Shown here piece after piece: positions 25,086 to 38,815 of a stretch of DNA of 64,000 nucleotides. Each line of letters starts with the position of its first letter. The first letter of the stretch is position 1. The notes beneath the pieces were generated by a model. That model ran no database searches. It was not told the DNA's origin and worked only from the letters and a program-made list of their open reading frames with translations. Origin of the DNA: Phoronis australis. Lineage: Eukaryota; Animalia; Phoronida. The stretch covers positions 1 through 64,000 of the forward strand of contig NMRA01000400.1 in NCBI GenBank assembly GCA_002633005.1, given 5' to 3'. Position numbers and translations under genes: made by a program.

Positions 25086-28000
25086 ACATACAAACATACA
25101 TGCAAACATACATACACGTATTTTGTGCTGCAATAGACACGTTCTGGTGTTAAAGAAAATTTGTGTAAATCGTGTGGAACAACTTTGAAACCTCTTTACA
25201 AAATGCCTCCTTAATCAGCACTGAGGCGCCTTAAGCAAGTTAATCGACTGCTATAGACAAACAGCTCTAATCAAACAACAGTTTGCATCTTCTTCGAGAT
25301 GCTGCAACAATTGTTTTTACCGTCTCAACTTTGGATCGAATTCTTCATTATGCGATAACTGGAATGGCAAACAGTTTTGGGTGAAATACTTCAACGGGTT
25401 CTCAGTGTCCATGAAACTTGTAACTGCGCGCTCATGAACACCACAATGATATCAAAAAGATTTTTGTTTAATAATATAGTCATTAGTTAAGTCTATTTGC
25501 CATATCTCCAAAAAACCTGAAGAATTGTCCACCTGATCTGCATCTACATCCCAACAAGAAGCCAACTGATAACGTGCCAGGTAGTGATGGTAGCTCCGCG
25601 CTTTTCAAAAGCGGATCACTTGTTATACATTCCTTTGAACGCCATCGATTGGGTCGCTGTTCTTCACCGTTGTCTCCGTTGCTGGAACGTTACCATGACA
25701 AAGTTACTTCTTTCTCATAACATGCACAGTCATCCAAATCGTTTTCTAATCTCATCAGCTGATTCCTCAACACAGAGTGGTGCGAAATCACTAGCGGAGT
25801 CAGTTTTGGACCAAAGAAGAGATAAATCTTTCAACGCGTCAACGGTGTAGCAAAACAGCATACTAAGTAAAATGGTCTCAAATACCTAAACGCTTTTAAA
25901 CGTGTAGATTTAAATCTATAAGTTACTTGTTATGCAGTTTCGCGTACATGAGTTACTCGCGATCGTATAACTTTGCAATGGACAAATGAATAGTTTACAA
26001 GACAAGAATATTATATTAAAAAGTTAAAAGGTTTAAGAGTAACAAGTGCACATGTTTATTTTGACATATAATGAATTTGTTATCATTCCTACTTGTTCGT
26101 ATTACAATATTTAAAGAAGTCAAACTGAACAAATATCAACCGTGTATTCAAATAGGACAAAAAGTACACTCCACTCGTGCTACTTAACTCAAATATCGAC
26201 CCGAAACACTCATTATTTGTTAGAAGACTCAATTTTCTGGCTCTCTCCTAACACATACGTATTGCTTTTGTTTTATAAAATCTCAACCTGCAGCACAAGA
26301 ATTTCCATCAAATAAATTCGAATACATACCTCTCGAAATTTTAGATTGCGTGATGATAATACCCTGAAAATGTAACTTTAAGGAACTCTCTCCGCAAAAG
26401 AGTTTTATTTTACATATATGTACACGTGTACGGTACAATACTCCGAACTCCTTAAAATTTGTCTGAAAAAACCCAGGCATTTGTATCATGCACTCAGGTC
26501 GTTGTCACAGGAATGCTAGACTTGCAAGTGCACCTTCAAATTCCAAGATCGTTAGTTTACGAAATTGATACGTTTTGGACACTCCTTTGTCGAATGTTAT
26601 TGATTCGAAAATATCCATAATGAAATAAAATGTCCGTGACTACAGTACACCCGTTTTCAAATTGTCCCTTGTCGGTGGAATGTAGAATTCAACTGTGTCT
26701 CTTAAAGTAAGTGTATGACATCATAAGTGTCTCTTACAGTAAGTGTATGACGTCATAAGTGTGTCACTATCATCACATCTCTGCCATATTCGCGTGAGAT
26801 CATTGACCTTGTGCAAGAATTTTATGACCTTGAAACAAAAATGACCCATTTTTCAGTCAAAACCACCACGAGGGAAGCCGTGTACCACAAAGAGTTTCCC
26901 TGGACGCAGTTCTAACATAAAAGGCAACTAGCATAATGTCAACAGTCTTCCAGATCTCCTCGAGTATTTTTGTAGCCTCAGATTGTATTTCGAAGTCTTT
27001 TCATAGCTGTGAGTGTGCGAAGTTTAACTATTGAAGCGCGACTTTCAAATTGAAGGCTTATCCGTCGAATGTGCCGGAACTTTGCCGTCCCTTGGCTTGT
27101 GACCAAATCTCTTTTGTGAGGTGATTTTGAAATCATTTAAAAACTCGCTGAAATGACTGCAGAACTCGAAATTCTCAGGTGCAGTAACTGAGGCAAGTAA
27201 CCTTCCAATGGAAATGCCTGCAGCCAGGGGTGACCCACCTGAGTACCTTATCACATAGCTCTCAAGCTACAGATTACAAAAAGGGGCTTATCCATTAGCG
27301 CCACCTAATGGATATCGAGTCGCCCATCGCAATAACCATAACTTCAGATAATCATCATATAGACACTTAGTAGTACCGGAATAACCATGACCCAGATATT
27401 TATGCGCAATTGTGAAGTCAAATTGCTCAATCTAGTGTGTCGTTGTCTGACCAAAATGGCTAAATATCAAGACTGTGAACATGCATTTTTCTTACTCCAT
27501 ATGAAATTCAAATGTATCAACGTAAAGCAATTAAATGAATTGAAGCTTTTTTTGTAGAAGCCAAAACGATCGGGGTATTCGAAATTCAGAAAAAAACGCT
27601 TTTTCAAGCCATCGACGCAAGAATGTCAGTAAAACTGGAATACAATTAAAACTTACAACATGTCGCAAAATTAATGCTTTCAAAAGGATTTGAATCATTA
27701 ACTTTCAGCAACCCATGTAAATTTCACATTTTTCCTAGTGGTGGGGCTCCGTTTAAGCTCAGTTGCTTAAAAAAACATTAATTTTTGTAGATTTGTAGTC
27801 AACAAAGGCCAAAATACAAAATCAGTTATAACTGCAAACGTTGTGGAAACTCCCTAAATATGAAATTTCTAACAAACTCACTTTTTAATCAGACCCCAGT
27901 GCCGGGTTTCATGGAAGAATTCTACATGTAAGTACAGACTTAACTAAGTTCCCTGAATCTTCTGTCTGTTGATATCTGGACGTCCTTTGAATTAGAAACC

Positions 28001-30520
28001 GCTGCCGTCTGGTGTTGAAAAACGAACGGGAGGTTTTTGTGGTGGAGAGAGAATGGAATTATAATAGATAACCTTAAACGTTCAATTCCTTGTGCTACAA
28101 ATCTCTGCGTTTGTATTATTGAGGCTTGCCGTACAAAGAAAATGTACCTGAAAGTCGTCAACGCCATAATGATTAATTTTCATGGTGAGTGGATGCATCT
28201 ACATGTGTGCTAGGCCTCTTCCGCCTGACACGGTGGAAAGTGCGCTCATGAGAATATTTCCGGTAAAAATGAGTTATTTTAATCTTGTTTGACTGCAAGC
28301 CGAGAAATGAGCCACAGAACAGCTGAAACGGAATATTCTGTGCGACTTCCGATTCATGTAGACAATAATGAAGAATAGACGCGAGGGTGACTTTTCATTC
28401 GTAAACTGTAGATGAACACGTGCTCAACTTTACTAGTGAGACGATATCGTCACTTCTTTTTTGTAATTCTGTAAAAATCCGGTGTTGTGAACAGTCAAGC
28501 CCTATCTAAGTGGACATTGGTAAGAGTAAATTCCTTGAACTCACGACACCCACTATGTTTTGTTTTTAAATAAATTCATTTCCCATCTTTGTCATCAACT
28601 CTCAGAATTAAGTTTATCCAGGAAACTGAGTCTGTCACAAAATCCCAGAAATCGATACATATACTTTGTATGCCGGTAATAAAGCCCCAGACTTTATAAT
28701 CCGACTTTTTTCATTTTCTTTTGTTCTCTTCAAGTAATTAAGCACTCGAGTTTTGATCCGGATGTTGCGAGAATAACTTGGCAACCAAAGTGTCGCCATA
28801 GAATTTTATTTCAACAAAGTTCGATTGCGAAACTTCTAAAAAAACATTCCACGTTTGAAACCATGTCTTTGCGTGGACCCGCGGGAATTCACTTTCCTGT
28901 CATCGAATGGGAAACAAGAACAGCGTAATACCTCGTTGATCGCGAAAATAGGCACCTGAAAGACAGGGCAAATCTTGAAATTCCTCTCAGTGTCACCACC
29001 TTTTTCGTTTACTCACCGAACTGATACTAGGAAGCCCAATTACCCAAGACTATTCAGTACACGGCAAGCATTTGCCCTCTGACGTGATCATTGTCTGCAA
29101 AAGTGCAAACTTCAGTTCGAAAGATACATGACTTGATTGGTGTATGACTGTTGTCTGCACATGCGCAAATAAAGTTCACTTTCTATGATGACTTTAGTCT
29201 TCGAAAATATCCAAGATGTTCCGGAAGGAGATGAAATCTGCGAGGGACGCATGCTCGACCACACGTACATGTACCTACCAATAATATCTCAGGTTTTATG
29301 GATAGCGGAAAAAGGCAAAGAACATAAGGTTGTGGGATTGCAGTAATCTCGCGATATCTAGAAGTCACTTTATTTTATTAGTCAACGATTGAGAATGGTG
29401 GAAAAGCTTGAAATCGATATTATTCATACAATTTCAACTAAAAAGTCCATGCCCTGAGGAAATGTTGCCTGTGGTTTGCATCCTAAAGTATTGAGAGAAT
29501 CGAATTTCAACGATATTACTTATAGTTCTACATGCCGTGAACACTATTGTGGTATACATTAAATTGACCAATTTGTAGAAACATAGAATTACGAACTTAA
29601 TAATGGACATTTTGTGTTATAAAACAGATATGCATGCTAGTTTTCAGATTGAGCGCACAATGTGGAGAACATGTGATTTTTTGATAAAATTTCTTTATTT
29701 CTTTAAAAAAATAAAAATACAGTTATTAGTATTTTTCCTTGCTGAGTAGGGACGTCATGAAATAAAATTTAGCAAATTTTTCTTTGCAGCAAGGTAGTCG
29801 GACATTGAATGCAGAAACATGACAATTGCAATTATTATCTTTTGCGAAAGTAGTGAACAATTACCGTAACGTGTAAAATTTATTTCGTAATACCAGTCAA
29901 TTTTCATTGCAGACTAAATTGATAGTCAGTAAACGTACTTTGATTAACTTACATAGCCATGACGTTGTACTGAGGATTTTGCGCAAGATTTCAGTCAGCT
30001 GCTAAGTCCATTTACAACAATAGCAGTATCGATCTCCTCCGTCACAAGCGACATTGTTTCCCGATAAAATACAGTCGCTTAAAAATTCAGTCTGCTCATG
30101 AATAAATGACACCACCAGTTGCACTCAACTGCGTGATTGAACATATTTGTAGGTTAATTCTTGTTAAATATACATGGGATAAGACCAACTGTTCACAGGT
30201 TTATGGTGATACTGTCGGCGCTTAAATGGCGCATTTTTGCCCCCAAAAATGCTGGTGCATTTGGTCGCCATCGTGTCCGTCTTTTCGTCCGCCTGTTCAT
30301 CCGTCCATTTTTCTGTTCGTTTTTACTGCTACTCGTCAGCTCATTTATTGTGAATATTTCATAAACCATTTGTCTAGGAATTCTAATTTATTAAATTCTC
30401 GACGCCATTTCATGAATGGCGACTTAATGGGCTAAGATGGTTTGAGACTATACATGTGTTAACATCCTTTTAAAATCTATTGATCTATTTGTATGTGCAG
30501 ACACCTTTATAGTCCTGTTA

Positions 30521-30710
30521 CACTGTAAGTCACTGGTACGATGTTTCCGTCGAAAAGTTTTCGTCATTGGCCATTGACCAGAAAATGATCGAAGATATGA
30601 TTGATCAAGCATCGGGTCAACGATTTGGAGGACCGTTTTTCGACAAAGTTCAGGTCAGTGGTTAATTATGGGCATTTTTCGGCCAGAAGTTGTGCCAGTG
30701 ATGTACAGTG
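30521..30710. mobile_element. 190-bp MITE with CACTG termini and TA flanks
   Basis: TIR cactgtaagtcactggtac / gtgccagtgatgtacagtg, with TA on both sides. Confidence 0.8.
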
Positions 30711-33700
30711 TAGTTAAGTAGGCTGAAAATAAATGGTGGCAATAGACCAATAAATGTAAGAAATGAGGTTAATTTATCACCACCTCAAAGCGTTTTCACG
30801 AAGTTATTGCGAGATTAATCAGTTTTCCTGGTAAACTTGCAAAGCACCAGGACAACCGGAACAAATTCTACACGTGTACGGCTTTCTATAGGGTTTTTAT
30901 ATTTCGGGTCCTCTATGTCGTTGATGAACGGGAGTTCCGTAGGGATCGCCTCAGTGCGAGTAATTGCGCTCCATTTAAACCATCTCTCTGGGTCTCGTGT
31001 CAGAAAATAAAATACAGTCCAAGCTCAGCCGAACTAAAATCGGAACAAAATCGAGCATGCTTTATCTCAAACGTACCCGATTTTGGCAGGAAATTTGTAC
31101 AAGAACACCTGACGTCACATTCCACTATTTCGTATACGACGTCGTCAGTTTGTAGACAAGGCTTAATCGGCCAAAATGCAAAGCATCCAACAATATAAAT
31201 CCTCTAGACATTCGCTAACAACCGTTATAGCATCAGCAAACCCTAAGGTCACCATAAATAACTAAGTTGGCATGCAAAAACAGTTAATTAGCTTAAAAAT
31301 ACATGTAGGTTGCAACAGAACTTGAACAAGTGATTTTTGTGATTTTATGCATAGAATTCGAGTTGACATAATTTGAAATCGCCGTGTACCATACCGCTCT
31401 GTGGCTTCCGGCAGTTTATTCTGTGTTTATGTTTGTGTATCGCCGCGCTTTTGACAGGTGTTATCTAAGAACAAGTCAAGGACTAAATCAGAAGAAAAAA
31501 ATCCATTAACGCTGTTAAATATCCACAAGAATGTTCGAAAGCTCAGTAAAGGTATCCCATGGCCGGTAAAAAACGTGTTGTTTTAGAAATCCTAGTGTGT
31601 TTCACCCGGACATTCGCTCTATAAAGGCTCCGTACATGTATGTTTACAGTCTGACAAGTGTCAGTTAGGCTTTCGTAATTGATCGTGTTAATAATTTTAT
31701 CAGGTAACGAAATTTACCAGCAGAACGACTACGTTTCTAGGAGTCAACGCCCTTGTTTAACCATTTATCGACGACATTAAATCTAATATTTATCGCTTTT
31801 TAACGCGTTTTGCATGCCATTTCATGCACAAATAATTAATTTCATCAGATGATTTTAAAGGGCAATCAACAATCCTTTTGTGTTTTCATTGATTTGCATG
31901 CTTAGTTGCGAAATTATTATTGATTCATTGACGTCATGAAAGATAACTGATTGAGGTAATTGTAGACACGGGATTGATATCCATATCCATTCCATTGTTT
32001 AGGCTGGGAACTAGGAAATGCCGTTGCTCAGCAAAACTTGTAGCTTTGTTCTTGTATTAGTCCTTGTCTGCTGAATAAAAAGCAAAAAGTCCATGTACTT
32101 ATAATAATCATAATATTTTTACCAAGGCAGGGCGCTATTACCGTTGCCAACTTAAGTCACACACAACGCGTACATGCGCCGTTTTCGAATTCGCAATTTT
32201 AGTGCTAGCCAATCCCAATAAACTATGATGCGTTTTGGAGTCGCTGATGGCTTTGATGTCTTTGTTTGTAACGAAAATAGAAACCTATCACGGTAAGGAT
32301 TATTACGAGACGTATTTATGAAAGTAAAAGCTCTGATTTTGTTATCTTAGCCACCTACACAGGGAAAAAGATGTCTTTAAATGAACTGCCTAAAATACAG
32401 TTTTCACGAATTAATACAATTATAAACCAATACGATAGTCATCAGCCTTGTACTAGCACTATAAGTAACGGAACGCATTTCAATATTTGATAAGCGTGAC
32501 TACAAACAAGGTTACGAGCACAACTCTCGGGTAGGGACAAGTGTTAGACGCAAAAAGAGCAAAGCGTGATTAGTAGGCCTACTTTTTAGAATTGTATGGT
32601 CCTATCTGAAAATGCTCTCTAACAAACGATTGCCCAAACGAGTACTGGCGGAGGTGCCTACGCAAAAATAAGAGGAGATATTCTTTATAAAGTCACCTCC
32701 GTCAAAATTTATGGTTGGTCTGTCAGATTGAACTCCTTGTTATAAACCTGACTTAGCTTTACGCCGCTGATATTTGCTGATGTTTAGGCTTCAAATCACT
32801 ATTCTGAGTAGGGAACAATTTGAGACCACCTTTAAACTTATAGGCTCAATGTTAAACATCCTTAAATTAGGAAATTATGACTAGAGAATCCTCATACATT
32901 TATAGGATAGACGAACCTCTTCTAAACAACGCTACAGCTCACGAGTAACGCGTTGTATAAATAGACAATCTACTAAGTAGATTCGTCATGAACGGACAAC
33001 TTTGATTAATCGGTGTGAGGGCACTGATACGCCGTAAAATGTAACAATTTCGTAGCAATTGTTACATTTTATGTCATTGTTACATTTTACGCTGCTAGGC
33101 CTCTCCTAAAATGTAACAAGTTGTTACATTTTATGCAATTGTTACAATTTATGTCGAATGCACAAAAATTAATGAGACATTGCTACATTTTACGAAAGCC
33201 ACGTCATATTTCATGAGTTTTTATGGTATTTGTCACACGGAGGAAAACCGTTGACACACTTAACGCCTTCTGTCTCGGATAGTGTGAATGAAATACTATC
33301 AAATGTGCCAGGTCGACTTGATAGATGTGTCCCTATGCACTTTCCGTGTTTTTTAACATGAGTAGTTTTATGGTATAGTCAAAAATGTTCAGCGTACAGT
33401 TTCAAATCCACACGAAAGGAGTTTTACAGGATCAGGTAACAAGTTTTTTGTCGTTAAAGCGTTCTTGCAATCTTTTGTTGGCGCTCATAAACCAACTGAG
33501 TATCCGACATTACAGTAAACACACTTACCTCGGTAAGAAAAATAATGACATCGTATTTAGCTGATATTTATCGTATTTTTTGGGAACAAACGACAATAAC
33601 AAAATTTCTCATGGAGAATTTAATTTCGGAAGCCAATTTGATAGAAAAAAGACAAGTTTTAGTCCACGATAGTTTATTTCGACCAGTGTTTTATTGCCTT

Positions 33701-34322
33701 GGAGTCATCGCTAATGCGGTAATTGCCCTGCTCCACACAAAATTTGCTGATGCCGACAGGTTCTGTCTACCATCTTAGTTACGAATGACAATTTCTTAAA
33801 CACATTGTGATGGAAGGAAATAAAAGCACGCATTTATTTGCCGGCAGGTTGAAAGACTTTGCCAAAGCAACAGTAAAATGCCGCCTTTGAGCACAGCGAG
33901 CCAATAGTGTAAAAAAGTGGCGGCATAATAACGTGTGTTATACAACTTTAACGCTGAAAGAAAGTTCCTATGATGTCTAACCTGGCTGAAATAGCGGTGG
34001 TAACAACAGATGAAACCGTGACGTGTATACGTAAAAATGGGATGCCTAGCTTGGGAAATAAAAAATGTTTTGCAGTCTGAAAGGACATAATCATTTTGCT
34101 CAAACCTGGTCAAGGTCGATAATGTAAAGGATCAATAGTCCAAAGAAGCTGATTGGACGTGAAGTCACGTGTCTCATGAGGAGCCACTTTTTGTGTTGCA
34201 GCTCGCAGATAAGGGAATTTGGCACATTACTCCTTTTGATGCATTGCATTAAGGTTATCTCCAACCTTATTTAGTGGCCTCCATTCTAACTCGTATATCA
34301 AAAAACTAGGCTAGGGTACAAA

Positions 34323-34940
34323 AATTGAGCTACATCAATCCAAGAGGTAACCGCTTGAATCCAGTCGCAAAATATTCACCGTAAGCCCAGGTATCACGAA
34401 TGAACACTGCCAGACAAATCTAGTGGTGGGTTACCCCCGCCAGACACGCCCAAATACCAGAATTGAGCTAGATCAACCCATCAGGTAACCGTTTGAAACC
34501 AATTGCACGATGTTCAGCATCACTGAACATGGAACAACAGTTAGATGCCAGACAATTTCAGTGGTGGGGTGGCCCTGCCAGACGATTATCAAAAAGGGTT
34601 AAAAATTGAGCTAGATCAATCCAAGAGGTAACCGCCTAAAACTAGTTCCAAAATATTCACCGTAAGCCCAGGTATCACGAATAAACACTGCCAGACAAAT
34701 CTAGTGGTGGGTTAGCCCCGCCAGACACGCCCAAATACATGAATTGAGGTAGATCAACCCTGAGGTAACCACATAAAACCAGTTGCAAAATATTCGCCGT
34801 AAGCCCAGGTTTGAAGAATAGATACTACCAGACAAATATAGTGGTGGGTTATCCTCGCCAGACACGCCCAAGTACCTGAGTTGAGCTAGATCAACCCGGC
34901 AGGTAACAGCTTGAAACCATTTGCATAATGTCGAGCAACA
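34323..34940 (+). repeat. ~138-bp tandem repeat (~4.5 units) with an inverted partial copy at 38817-38960
   Basis: Units start at aattgagctagatcaa near 34323, 34461, 34604, 34742 and 34880; share gccagacaaatctagtggtggg. Confidence 0.85.
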
Positions 34941-37178
34941 TTCTGCATGCAAAAAAAGATACTTTACAGACATTTTTAGCGGTGGGGCAGGAGAGTGCAG
35001 AGGTTTGGTCGNTGTTAGGAATTTTCGATTAGTCTGTTCGTTTGGTTTCTATGACAAGGTATCTTTGTAAAAAAATTGAAGTTTTATTCGTCTTCGTCAC
35101 ATTAAGCAAAAACTAGGCTTTTATATCAAAAATCCTAAAACTATTTTTGAGATTGATGACTAAATATTAAGTTTGGAAAGTTTCAGCGAAATCCATCCAG
35201 CCGTTTTTCAGAACTAAAGTTGCTAAGTTCAAATAAAGTCGATTTGCCGAAGCCGAGAAAAAGCCGATTAAACTGGGACAAGTGAAAATCTCAAAGTCTT
35301 CGGTTAATTATTCGGTAAAAACTTGTTTTCGGTTCACATAACCTATACAATCCTTAACTATGTTAGCTATTTCAACGTTCACTCGCAATGTCAACTGATT
35401 TTGCAGTGCGTAACTAACTTAATTATCATTAAAACCTCAAATAGACTTTTAGTTCCCAGCCAACTTTTACTGTTGTTTACCCCCTACTTTCTACATGTAA
35501 GTAGGTCACAGTTCATAGCCTGTACACGTCACGGGATGGGAGACTGGTACGAAACCAAGTAAGAAATGGAATACAAAAATCGAATCAGTGGCTAAAGTAT
35601 GTCGTTAGCATGAGGTCGAAACATCGAAATGTCAACTTATTATTTGAATTAAGGAATTAGGGTAAGGATTTATCTCTTTTCACAACTTTCTGTGTTCATG
35701 ACCAGAAAGGCCTGAGGCGACTCGTAGCATTCATTTTCAACGCCAACGGTCGCATACATGTAGACGCACAACTCCCTTTGGATCAAAATTACGTTTTGTC
35801 TTTGTTTTCCCCGGCACCATTATATCGTAAGTACACCTCGTTGGCTCAATGTTATGGCGACTTTGTGAATGAAAGGACTGAGGGTATACGAAGCTGTTCT
35901 GTACCTGGCGGGAGATTCGCTTTAATTGACAGCCCTTTAACCTTTGACCTTGGTTAAGTAGTAATCAAATATCCACGCTGTTGTGCGGTTCCAAAGTGGT
36001 TCTGCAAAATCTTTTATTTCTCGCTACGCGTTAGGTATTTTGTATTTGAAGTTCCCCGAGAAAGAAGATAAGGTATTTTGCTAGACACAAATGAAATATT
36101 GTAAAAATGGCCAGCTTTTGTGAATAACGTTGGAGATAACCTTAAATGCTCGTATTAAACATCACTGCTTCAGGCGGTTTTTGTTCCATGCAATCCACTT
36201 TCAATGAAACCTAGTTCAAGTCATTTTGTTAAACTTTTTGCGCTTTTCTAAGAATATTGGGGGTCCATTCCACGTAAAATCGTTGCGTGTTTTGTATGTC
36301 CGTTACCAACTATTCTAATGACCCGGTGACCGCAGGCGACTAGTCGTTAGTTGTCGAAAAATGTCTGCCTCCAGAGTTCAACTTAACGCAATTTTTGAAC
36401 TTGCACATCATCGTGGAACGATCCCCAGTTCTTTGAAAAGGAATGTTTTCAACAAGTCAGAGACAATATTGCGGTCTGAATTCAGTTGTTTGTGGCAAAC
36501 TACAGATGAATGTAGTTATATTTACAAACAATACAGTACTTGCCAATAGTTCAGAAATATTCAATGTTTGAAGTTGGTGCACGCCTAAACAAGATTTTAA
36601 ATCTCAACCTCCTCGTTTCCAAAAAGTAGGCCTACTCTGCATCCACAGCTCCCAAGACGTTCCTCGCAATATCGTTAAAGCTGAACATAGGAGCCCCTTT
36701 AAAATCCTTCTGGAACAGCACTGGCCGTCCACTATGGAAAGCCCGATGACAACACTGAACCATAAATGAGATGATTTTAAAATCTTTGAGGACCATGATG
36801 TATCGGGAAATTGCTAAACATGTATTGTGTCCTCAATAAATAAATTTAAAAATATTATTATTAATAATAATAATAATAACGATAACTAAAACGAAGCGAT
36901 AACGAGTAATGCTAGTGATAGCAGTAACATTAATAGCAGTGACAGTAGTGATAGTAATGTAATACTAATAAAAATGATAATAGGTAGCCAAATTCATGTC
37001 GTGTCAGCCCGTCTCATTCCTATAGAAGATGTATACGAAAAGCGCAGCCCAAAAGGGTGTTTTTTCACAGAAAAAAATAACAAAATGGTGCCATTTCCGA
37101 AAAAATATATCTAAAAGGTGGCTTTCAGTTGCAACAGTTGTTACATTTTACGAAATTATTACATTTTACGGCGTATCA

Positions 37179-37394
37179 GGGCGCACACGGCTGAGCCAAG
37201 AGTTGCGACAATTCGGCTATCTCCCTGAGTTACCTAACGATCCCGTATAAGGTCTTCAGCTTAGTTCGTGTCTAATGGAGCTTAGGGGCTAGAAACCCGA
37301 CTCAAGGGTCCAACGGTGTGCCTCAGTGGGACTCGAACCAACGACTTTGAATAGAGGAAGCAGACACTTATCCCATCAGGCCATACTGCATCCG
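37179..37394 (-). mobile_element. tRNA-derived SINE
   Basis: Minus strand has A box TGGCCTGATGG and B box GGTTCGAGTCCC, then cccttgagtcgggtttctagcccct, which is shared with other copies. Confidence 0.75.
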
Positions 37395-38186
37395 GTAAAC
37401 AGCCTAAATCAAGTTTGTCTTTGTGAAGATAGACATGCAGCAGCTTTAAAAATAGACCGGGGATTTCCCTTGCTTTACAAACGTGCAAATTAATAAATTT
37501 GTAATGTGATTAAAAATCATCCCACCAACTATCCGTTTACGTCACCAGAGCACATTAACACCGGTAAAGCTTATTGTGAGATCAAAAGTAGATTAAGTCC
37601 TTTGAAGAATGTCCTTAAGAACGCTGCCACAGACACACATCACCTATCAATTTGTTGTCCGTCCATGACGTCATGAAGTGACAATCTCCGAGGTAACTAC
37701 CTGCAGGTTGTGTTGTTGCAGAGTTGTCACGTTGGTTTGACGTGGTTTTTCTATCAATTATGCGCCTCTTCAAATATTAATCTGAGGCTGTTTAACATGT
37801 AGTCTCAATTCTCCTTGGACAGACAAAGTCTGATGGTTTCGATCAAGTTTTGGAGATATACGATGCATTCCGTCAGTGACCCTCCAACCAAAAGTTTTTT
37901 TGGTCTCTTTCAAATCTTCGAGCTTGTATACGGTGTTTATATATAATTCGTTAGTGACTGGTCGAATAAGCTGAAACAATAGACTTTCACGTTCGGTGAC
38001 GTGTGTATGCTCATAAATTATTCTATGCTTGATTTGTTCTGATGTTTTTTCTTCGTAAGTCAACAGGATCGTTTAAATGCTGAGGATATAGCTTTGTTCT
38101 GATGTTTTCTCTTCGTAGGTCAACAGGACCCGTTTAAATGCTGAGAATATAGCTAGCTGCATGCTAAAGTTTGGTCACTCGCCGTC

Positions 38187-38815
38187 ATGGGAGTACCCAT
38201 TAGCATGCTTAGATGTGGCTGGTTCACGGAGGACGACATAGAAACATGGCTGAAAAGCGACTCCAAGCCCAAGATATTTGGGGAAAAGGGCAATATGTCG
38301 TACACAGAATACGCCAGAAAGGTAACGGTGCACTTGTCTTCGATGAAGTTAGACGAAAAACACAAGGGAAAAATAATCTGCTACGAGAAAGTTAAAGGGG
38401 ACCGTATATCGCGGACGAATTACGTCGATAGAGTCGACGAAGGAGTACTTGTCACCAATACGTCCAAGAACCTATTCGGTCGTGCATTCTTGCGAATGAG
38501 TCCAAAGCTCTATCCATTAGGTGTTCAGAAGCATAGTGAATACGGCAAATGCTTGGTTTCAGCGCCAGCAAAAATCATAACAATTTCTGTAAGATTAGAC
38601 GGCATTCCACAGCGTTTGTGTCGGCAGCATGGTCACACTCAGCACGTGCCCGATTCTTTCTTCTCGTGGTTAGTCTCCAACGAAAACGAGACCGTAACGA
38701 TAGACATTCCGATATGGAATCCAGGTGAACCCACGTCAAGTATAACACCAGATATTCATAGTGTAGGTGATAATAAGTCAATTGACGGCACGCCTCGTGG
38801 AACACCAACTGGACG
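38187..38815 (+). CDS. Gap-truncated duplicate of the 316-aa orphan ORF
   Basis: Protein identical to 42569-43519 for ~209 aa, then ends at the N at 38816. Confidence 0.7.

Larger units (their letters stand above)
35013..38815 (+). repeat. Near-identical duplicate of 39156-43197, bounded by single-N gaps (probable uncollapsed allele)
   Basis: Colinear over 3.8 kb; N at 35012 and 38816 exactly at the duplicate's ends. Confidence 0.9.

Noticed and set aside
22780-25860. THAP-like (22800-22965) and 'A..YH...Y' transposase-like (25300-25860) traces on the minus strand
   Set aside because: Too degenerate to assign by eye; probably old DNA-transposon debris.
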